A stretch of 64,000 nt of DNA from an uncultured Acidobacteriota bacterium. GTDB taxonomy: Bacteria; Acidobacteriota; Vicinamibacteria; Vicinamibacterales; UBA2999. How positions within the stretch are numbered: position 1 is the first letter of the stretch; the number at the start of each line of letters is the position of its first letter. Both the position numbers and the translations under genes were made by a program. The DNA lies in assembly GCA_963709325.1 (NCBI GenBank), contig CAVPVV010000003.1:2886638-2950637 (forward strand). The letters are read 5' to 3'. Shown piece by piece: positions 19,318 to 26,092 of this stretch. The notes beneath the pieces are model-generated. The model made no database searches. It worked only from the letters and a program-made list of their open reading frames with translations, and had not been told where the DNA came from.

Positions 19318-20925
19318 TCATGTCAGGCTGTTCCAAAGCTTCAGAGTCCACGTGACGTAGCAGACCCCGAAGAGGCAGACCGCTCCTGCGACGGAGAGCC
19401 ACAGAGTTCGGCGCCTGCGCTGGGCACGGACGGCAGTCGTTGCGATATAGGGCACACTGGCCAGTACCGGCAAGCCCAGCAAATCGACGATCTCGGCGTT
19501 GGTGCGAAAAGACTCGTCCCTGTACCTCGAGTAGCGCAGCGATGCCGAGTCCGAGTAAGAGTCCGAGCGCGAGCCCGCCGGCGTTGATCTTGCGGCGAAT
19601 CGATGGTCGCGGGTGGACCGGCACCCCCGCCGGATCGACGATGCGGAAGTGCTCGCCGATCTGTTGCTGCTCGAGATCGACGGCAACTTTTGACGCCTCG
19701 CTCTTCGAGAGCAGGTCCTTGTACGCCAGTTGCTGTGTTTCGTAGTCCCGGGTCAGCGCCGCCCATTCGGATTCCAGGCCGGGCACGGCTTCGATGCGGC
19801 GCTGGTATTCGCCGATCTCATCACGCACTCGACGTTCCTCCGATTCCTTGAACGCGATTTGCCGAGACAGGCTCTCGATCTCGGCCGTCATCTGCCCCAG
19901 CCGTTCGCGCCGTCGGATTTCGGCGTCGGATGCGCCACGCCGGAACTTCCGGTGTGGCGCCCGCGGCTTCCGCGGCGACCTGTGCTTCGAGAGTCGCAAT
20001 CAGACGCTTGGTTCGCCGAATGTCCGGATGATCGGGTTTGTAGCGGAGTTCGAGGTTCGCGAGTGTCGCGCGCGCGGTTGCCAGCTGCTGCGAAGTGGAC
20101 GCCTCTGCAACCACGGTCCCGCTCGCGCCGCGGGGGTTGGCCAGCCGGCATCGGGGCGGCTGGCAATGGCGTTTCAACCGCATCGTTGTACAAGCGCTCG
20201 AGCATCTGCTTGCGATCGCGATCGCGTGCGAGCGATTCGTTCATCGACTGCAGTTGCATCTGCGCATTCATGTTCGCCTGCATATTGGTCTGCATCTGCG
20301 TCGGCAGTTCCTTGCCATGGCGTTGACGAAACGCCTCGAGCCGGCTTTCCTGAATTTCGAGGCGCTGACGCGCGTCGGCGAGCTGCGTCTCGAGGAAGCG
20401 ATTGGTGGACTCGGCACGCGCGCTACGGTCCTGGACGTTCTGTGCCACGTACAGCGATCCGAGCTGCTGGGTCACCTCCGCGGCGATCCGCGGATCCGGG
20501 TGGGTAAAGCGCACGTGAAACGCGTGAGGCCCTCCTTCACGTCCTTGGCTCCGCTCCAGCTCCACGAAGATGTTCTTCCTCATCAGCGCCGACGACGTCC
20601 TCGATCGGCAGAACCTGACGCTGTTCAGGATAGAGATCGACGGCTTCTCGATGATTCGTTCGAGGGAGGTTCGGCTCATCACCTGGACGGAGATGGCATC
20701 CATTCGCAGTTCGGTCCCGAGCGTCACGGTGGATCGCACGAAATTGTCCGGGACTCGTTGCGGGTCGATCGCAATCAGCATGTCGGACTCGTACAGGTTC
20801 GGCACCCGCGACGACCAGAGCAGCGCGGCGAACAAGGTGACGATCGGCGGAAGCACGATCAGCCATCACCGTCGTCTCGCCATCTGCAACACGTCAACCG
20901 GCGTGAACGTTTTTCCAGGCAACAT
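19318..20925 (-). pseudogene. Polysaccharide chain-length determinant (Wzz-like, PEP-CTERM-locus type); in-frame TGA plus 3 frame changes
   Basis: ATG at 20925. MLPGKTFTPVDVLQMARRR-TGA(20868-20866)-WLIVLPPIVTLFAALLWSSRVPNLYESDMLIAIDPQRVP... (frame 0). STSQQLATARATLANLELRYKPDHPDIRRTKRLIATLEAQV (frame 2). RRERLGQMTAEIESLS...ESEWAALTRDYETQQLAYKDLLSKSEASKVAVDLEQQQIGEHFRIVDPA...GLGIAALLE (frame 1). YRDESFRTNAEIVDLLGLPVLASVPYI...stop at 19318-19320 (frame 0). Confidence 0.8.
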
Positions 20926-20935
20926 ACGCGCTCCG

Positions 20936-22288
20936 CTAGACGATGCCGTAGAGTGGCAACCAGAAGGAGAGTCCGACCCGCACCGAATGACGGTCGTAGC
21001 GAGCGGGATATCCGGTCGGGGTACTCGAGATTTCCAACAACCGATGTCTGTAGAAGTTGTAGCCAACGAACAGGCCGCACCATCGCGCCATCGCGTACTG
21101 CACCTGAGCCGTGGCACCCGTGGCCTCGAAGGATCCCGTGTCGGTCGCGAGTCCGGCACCTCTGGAGATTGCGCCGGACACCCCGACACTGACCCGCTCG
21201 GCCATAACCCCCGCGATTTGCAAAGACCCGACATTGGTCGCGAAGGGCTCCGGTGACAAGCCTTCGAGCACCGTCACCGTCCGATCAAATCCCGCTGAGA
21301 CGTTCCAGTAACGAGCCAGGTCGAGGCGAGCCGTGGCGGCGGCAATCGGAACCCAATACGTTTGGAGGGCCTCACGTTCCGCGTCGGCCCCCGGTGCCGC
21401 GGCCGGTCTCACGCGGGCGTAGGAAGCCCCGCCGCCGAAAGTGAAAGTGGCGCCTCGCGTAGGCGAGATCCGTCGTTCGATCTGCACACCGGTATCGGCC
21501 GTGTGGGTCTGAACCGGCTGAAGAATCAGAGTCTGATCGGTCTGCTGGCTTTCGTTGTAGCGATAGGAGAATTGGAATCCGCCGTTGGGGTGCGGGTTCC
21601 ATCGATGTCGGACCGAGGCGGCCTGTGTCCGACTGCGGGTGCCAGGGCCTGTCCTCGGGTCCCTCACCGCCGCCGCATAGAGGAGGTCCATGCGTTGCCG
21701 CGGCGTCCAATGTCGGTAAACGTCTACAGAACCCCGTCCCGCCAGCCACTGCTGTTCGACGACGCCCTGTGGCGCAGTGCCGTCGGGCATCACGCTCTGG
21801 GCATTCGGTCCGACGAGCGGTCCGAGCGCGCTGAACAATACGCTGGGTTCGTAGGCAGCTCCCCCATCGAACGTGATCCCGGCGCGGCGACCGAGTTGCG
21901 TTTCGCCGCGTACATGCGTGTTTCCACCGCTAAGGCGTGTGTCGGTGGCGTACAGTTGATTGACGAAGCCGCCGCCCGACATCTCGAAGGAATGGCCGGT
22001 TCGCCCACGCCAGAAATCCGCCGCTACCTCCCCGGTGGTTGCAAATCCGTTCTCCAAGGGGTTGACCGTGCCGATCGGACGCCCATCCGACCCGACAGTC
22101 GTATCGTAGCCGCTGCCGAGGTTGAACGTGACAGTGAATTCCTGTGAGGTCCGGTTTGGATCGCGAACGTGCCCCCCAAACAGCCCGCCGAGCTCGCGCG
22201 GTGGCCGATCGACCACCTGCGCGAACGCCGGCGACGCGGTAGTCGTCAGCAGCAGCGACACGACAAATTGGGAGAGCGAGGACTTCAT
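20936..22288 (-). CDS. Putative outer-membrane beta-barrel protein of the EPS locus
   Basis: Intact 450-aa ORF with signal peptide MKSSLSQFVVSLLLTTTASPAFAQ. Gly/Tyr/Arg-rich amphipathic alternation is typical of beta-barrels. Its position between the Wza-like and chain-length genes matches PEP-CTERM-type loci. Confidence 0.65.
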   Translation of the reverse strand: MKSSLSQFVVSLLLTTTASPAFAQVVDRPPRELGGLFGGHVRDPNRTSQEFTVTFNLGSGYDTTVGSDGRPIGTVNPLENGFATTGEVAADFWRGRTGHSFEMSGGGFVNQLYATDTRLSGGNTHVRGETQLGRRAGITFDGGAAYEPSVLFSALGPLVGPNAQSVMPDGTAPQGVVEQQWLAGRGSVDVYRHWTPRQRMDLLYAAAVRDPRTGPGTRSRTQAASVRHRWNPHPNGGFQFSYRYNESQQTDQTLILQPVQTHTADTGVQIERRISPTRGATFTFGGGASYARVRPAAAPGADAEREALQTYWVPIAAATARLDLARYWNVSAGFDRTVTVLEGLSPEPFATNVGSLQIAGVMAERVSVGVSGAISRGAGLATDTGSFEATGATAQVQYAMARWCGLFVGYNFYRHRLLEISSTPTGYPARYDRHSVRVGLSFWLPLYGIV

Positions 22289-22304
22289 ACCAGTACCATC
22301 GAGG

Positions 22305-22934
22305 CTACGGAACGACGACGGTGTCCCCGGGTTTGAGTTGGATGTTCTGCTCCAGACTTCTGCCCTTGGAAATCTCCTTATAGTTGACTTTCAAGCTCTT
22401 CGTGGCGCCGTTCTCCTCGCGTACTACCGTGATGCTCTTGGCGTCGGCATACTCGGTGAGACCACCTGCGAGCGCAATCAACTGGAGGACGGTCCGAGGT
22501 CCCGTCAGCGGATACGTTCCGGGAGTTGTCACACGGCCGGTGATGAACACCTTTCTGCTGTTAATCGTCCGGACGACAACCGCCACGTTCGCGTCGCTGA
22601 CGTATTTGCCGGCCGCGGTCAGGATTCGCGCCTTCAACGCCTCGGGACGGAGGCCTGCAGCCTCGATTTCGCCAATGACCGGAAGACTGATTCGACCGTC
22701 AGGTCGGACAGTCACGTCTCCGCTCAGGTCCGGCTCGCGCCAGAACACCACCCCGAGGACGTCTTCCGGTCCGATGACATAGTCCGGTGGAAGCTCGACT
22801 CCTGTCGGTACCTGTCGACTCTCCGCCGCCGGTTGCGTCGCGAGTGGTCGCTCGGCATCGGCCTGGGCCGCCCGCGTCGAGCCGCAGACCGCAAGCGCCA
22901 GTGTGAGCACAATTGCGCAGAATGGTAGGTTCAT
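22305..22934 (-). CDS. Polysaccharide export protein (Wza/EpsE-like periplasmic component)
   Basis: ATG at 22934, 6 nt after the stop of the upstream gene (22940). Signal peptide MNLPFCAIVLTLALAVCG. Poly_export pattern YVIGPEDVLGVVFWREPDLSGDVTVRPDGRISLPVIGEIEAAGL. SLBB-like FITGRVTTPGTYPLTGPRTVLQLIALAGG. The 136 codons upstream in the track ORF (to 23342) overlap the preceding gene and look non-coding. Confidence 0.85.
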   Translation of the reverse strand: MNLPFCAIVLTLALAVCGSTRAAQADAERPLATQPAAESRQVPTGVELPPDYVIGPEDVLGVVFWREPDLSGDVTVRPDGRISLPVIGEIEAAGLRPEALKARILTAAGKYVSDANVAVVVRTINSRKVFITGRVTTPGTYPLTGPRTVLQLIALAGGLTEYADAKSITVVREENGATKSLKVNYKEISKGRSLEQNIQLKPGDTVVVP

Positions 22935-22939
22935 GACAT

Positions 22940-24133
22940 TTAAGAGAAGAAGGAGAACCGGCCTTTCTTGGGTTTCAAGGAGCTGAACATCAGTCCCTCC
23001 TCGCCGTCGGCGGTCGCGGGAGCGCGAGGCGGAATCTGGTTTGGTGCGGCCAGTCGTTCGTTCGGCTTCACGGGTGGAGCTGTATTCCCCGCAGGCAGGT
23101 CGAAGTCCCGACAGACCTCCTTGATCACATCCACAGGAATCGGTTTGACTTGCGACGCGAAGCCGCCCAGAAGCGCGTTCTCGCAGAGCACGTTGATCGT
23201 TCGCGGGATACCTGAGGACGTTTCGAAGATGGCGACGACCGTCTCGCGCGTGAAGATCTGGCTGGGCGATCCCCCAGCGATGCGGAGTCGCCCAGAAATA
23301 TACGCCGCGGTTTCCTGGAGGTTGAGAGCTCCGAGCTGACAACGCAGCGCGATCCGTTGCTTGAGCTGCCGTAACCCGGTGTCGTTCAACCGGTCTGCCA
23401 GCTCGGGTTGGCCTGACAAGACGATGTTGAGCAGCTTCGCCGTGGCCGTCTCAATATTGCCGAGGAGCCGGATTTCCTCCAGCAACTCGTGAGGCAGACT
23501 CTGTGCCTCATCGATGATCAGGCCCGACAGTCCCCCGGCTGCGAATCGCGCCTCGACATCCCGCTTTAACGCAGAAAGGAAACGGGGTTTCGACACGGCA
23601 GCTTCTTCGCCCAGACCAAATTCTCGCGCCAGATGCTCGCAAAACTCGGCGCGAGTAAGGGTCGGATTGTTGACCATCACGTACCGACTCGCGCTTCCGC
23701 CGAGTTCCGCCAAGGCGGTCCGAACCAGCGTCGTTTTCCCTGTTCCGGCCTCCCCAAGTATCAGGGTGAATCCCCTGGATGTCGCGAGCGCATACCGCAG
23801 ATTGCTGAGGGCCTCGCGCTGACGCTCCGACAGGAACAAGAATCGCGGATTCGGGGTGAGATCGAATGGCGATTCTGCAAGGCCATAGAACCCGCCATAG
23901 AGAGGTTGGCGTACGCCGACTAAACCGCCTTCATCCCAAGGCTCACGTGGCCAGCCAGGCGTCGTGACCCGGAGATCCGAACGGCGGGGCGCGTCAGCCT
24001 GGGCGCGGTTGGTTGGTTGCGCTTCCGGTGCATTTCGCGGATCGCTAGTGGTCATGGTCGAAGCGGGCTGCCACCAAGGCTGTGCAAATGGAGCACCCGC
24101 GCCTTGACAAGCCCCATGTTGGGGCGTAAACAT
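22940..24133 (-). CDS. ExeA-like AAA ATPase (PEP-CTERM/XrtA-system-associated ATPase type)
   Basis: 397-aa ORF. FYGLAESPFDLTPNPRFLFLSERQREALSNLRYAL, Walker A LILGEAGTGKTTL, Walker B GLIIDEAQSL, LSGQPEL. Alternative start at 24055 (MTTSDPR). Confidence 0.85.
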   Translation of the reverse strand: MFTPQHGACQGAGAPFAQPWWQPASTMTTSDPRNAPEAQPTNRAQADAPRRSDLRVTTPGWPREPWDEGGLVGVRQPLYGGFYGLAESPFDLTPNPRFLFLSERQREALSNLRYALATSRGFTLILGEAGTGKTTLVRTALAELGGSASRYVMVNNPTLTRAEFCEHLAREFGLGEEAAVSKPRFLSALKRDVEARFAAGGLSGLIIDEAQSLPHELLEEIRLLGNIETATAKLLNIVLSGQPELADRLNDTGLRQLKQRIALRCQLGALNLQETAAYISGRLRIAGGSPSQIFTRETVVAIFETSSGIPRTINVLCENALLGGFASQVKPIPVDVIKEVCRDFDLPAGNTAPPVKPNERLAAPNQIPPRAPATADGEEGLMFSSLKPKKGRFSFFS

Positions 24134-24481
24134 TTCATAATAGAGAACTTACAGCCGGAGAGCGCATCTTCTCAGGTGTTTCGAGAAGATCCGGAAAGGG
24201 TCCTCTCGCAACTAAAGTCGCCAATCCGGCCGACTTTTTCATCGCTGGGTAAACGAACTCATCAAAGCGCCCTGAGGCCACCCAAACGGGGCCCGACCCA
24301 TACGGACGCGGATCGAGCCTCAACCCACCGACCAGTTCAGGATGGTAGCTTACCGCGGGCACTGCGTTCCCTACCCCTCACCTCCCAAGGCAGGCCCGCG
24401 ACGAGGACACTGTGTGGGCGAGGCCCTTCGCGGCACGCTTCCCGCCCACTCCGGCGACTCTGCAGTCGGTACAATCCTCAG

Positions 24482-25804
24482 GTGGCGCGCGTCTGGGCAC
24501 TGGTGCTGGTCACCGTCCTCGCGGTCGTGGCGATCTTCTTCATCCAGGTGCGGCGATCGGGCCTGACGATCGGCGAGATGCTCTCGGGGGCGCCGACCAC
24601 GGTTGCCGGCGCGATCGAAGCCCAGCGGGCTGCCGCACGCGTGGGCGCCAGGACCGAATTCCTCACGCCCCAGCCGGTCGGCTTGCCGGTTGGTCCGGAC
24701 GATCGGCCGCTGATTGCCCAGGTCAGCGTGGCCGATCTCGATCGCGACGGGCTCGCTGACATCATCGTCTGCGACGCCGCCGCCAATCGCGTCAGCTGGA
24801 TCCGCCAGTCGCCCGCTGGCACGTTTACCGAGACGCCGCTGGCTGAAGTGGCTGGTCCGGCCCACGCGCAGGCGGTGGATCTCGACAAGGACGGCCACCT
24901 CGATCTGATCGTCGCGAGCCTTGGCGTGCTGTTCCCGAACAACGCGCCGATCGGCGCGGTGATCGTGCTCGAGAACGACGGACGCCAGTCGTTCACCAAA
25001 CACGTCTTGATCGACAAGTTGGCCCGGGTCTCCGACGTGCGGGCTGGGGATCTCGATGGTGACGGCGACCTGGATCTTGCGGTGGCGCAGTTCGGCTACG
25101 ACCAGGGCGAGACGCGGTGGCTGGAGAACCGCGGACAGTGGCGCTTCGAGAGCCATCTTCTGCAAAGCCTTTCCGGGCCCATCAACGCCGAAATCGCGGA
25201 TGCGGATGGCGATGGCGATCTCGACATCATTTCGCTCGTGAGCCAGGAGTGGGAAGAGATCTACGTCTTCGAGAACGACGGGCACGGCGGGTTCACGCCG
25301 CGACGGGTCTTCGGCGCGAGCAACGAAGACTTCGGTTCGAGCTGGATCAGCCTGTCGGATCTCGACAAGGACGGCGACGTCGACATCGTCTACAGCAACG
25401 GGGACGCGTTCGACTACGCGCCGCCGACGGGGCGCGGCTGGAACGGGCTGCAGTGGCTCGAGAACCGCGGCGGCCTGACCTTCCGCTATCATCGTATCGG
25501 CGATTTCTCCGGCGCGTCGAGCCCCCAGGCCGTCGACATGGATGGTGACGGCGACATCGACGTGGCACTGGTCAGCGCCTACAACAACTGGGATCGTCCC
25601 GACGCGCTCAGCCTGGCGTGGTTCGAGAACGACGGGAACATGAACTTCACGCTTCGGCCGGTCACCGGCACGCCGACTCACCTGATTACGCTGGCGGTGG
25701 CCGACATGAACGGGGATCGGCTTCCCGATCTCGTGACCGGCGGCATGCACATGAGTTACCCCTACGACCGCATGTCGCGCGTCACGGTCTGGATGCATCG
25801 ATAA
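24482..25804 (+). CDS. FG-GAP/VCBS repeat protein (ASPIC/UnbV-CRTAC1-like) with N-terminal membrane anchor
   Basis: Repeated DLDRDGLADI, DLDKDGHLDL, DLDGDGDLDL, DADGDGDLDI, DLDKDGDVDI, DMDGDGDIDV and ENDG/ENRG motifs. Start chosen at GTG 24482 (VARVWALVLVTVLAVVAIFF) because TACAAT (24470-24475) lies exactly 6 nt upstream. The track ORF extends to 24017 through Arg/Ser/Pro-rich non-coding-looking sequence. Confidence 0.8.
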   Translation: MARVWALVLVTVLAVVAIFFIQVRRSGLTIGEMLSGAPTTVAGAIEAQRAAARVGARTEFLTPQPVGLPVGPDDRPLIAQVSVADLDRDGLADIIVCDAAANRVSWIRQSPAGTFTETPLAEVAGPAHAQAVDLDKDGHLDLIVASLGVLFPNNAPIGAVIVLENDGRQSFTKHVLIDKLARVSDVRAGDLDGDGDLDLAVAQFGYDQGETRWLENRGQWRFESHLLQSLSGPINAEIADADGDGDLDIISLVSQEWEEIYVFENDGHGGFTPRRVFGASNEDFGSSWISLSDLDKDGDVDIVYSNGDAFDYAPPTGRGWNGLQWLENRGGLTFRYHRIGDFSGASSPQAVDMDGDGDIDVALVSAYNNWDRPDALSLAWFENDGNMNFTLRPVTGTPTHLITLAVADMNGDRLPDLVTGGMHMSYPYDRMSRVTVWMHR

Positions 25805-25950
25805 ACCCCCACTCACGGGTCACTTTAGATTGCGTTTTACAGCCGGTTGTTCGCTGGACGGTCATCCGCGGACCACTCGCGCGGCCGTGTTACTATCCGC
25901 GGCAAACAACGCCCCCGCGTCAGGTCGGCTCACATTCCTCGGAGGTGCAA

Positions 25951-26092
25951 ATGCGGGCCCTGTGTGCACTCCTCTCGGTCGTGCTGTACCTCGCGACTCC
26001 GGTCAAGGTCGCGGCGCAGACGCCCACTTTCAACGTCGAGGGCGTCGTCTCCGATGCGCAGCAGGCGGTGCTACCCGGCGTCACTGTGACGC
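25951..26092 (+). other. Detached 5' segment (SD + signal peptide + first beta-strands) of the TonB-dependent receptor, in a different frame from the body
   Basis: ggaggtg (25941-25947) then ATG 25951: MRALCALLSVVLYLATPVKVAAQTPTFNVEGVVSDAQQAVLPGVTVT in frame 1. The body continues MRNVATGLVRSATTDNDGRYVF in frame 2 from 26093. Frame 2 has TGA at 26087-26089. Confidence 0.7.

Noticed and set aside
20866-20868. Selenocysteine or programmed read-through at the in-frame TGA
   Set aside because: No SECIS-like hairpin follows. The residue expected from family context is Trp in a cytoplasmic basic stretch, not a redox site, and the gene is otherwise riddled with frame changes.
24371-25816. 481-aa minus ORF antisense to the FG-GAP gene
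   Set aside because: High-GC antisense shadow. The plus strand carries the repeated DxDxDGxxD FG-GAP/VCBS motifs and a membrane anchor.
25805-25950. Cobalamin riboswitch upstream of the TonB-dependent receptor
   Set aside because: The closest match to the B12 box (gaccactcgcg) deviates from the GCCACTG core, and the surrounding conserved helices are not evident.
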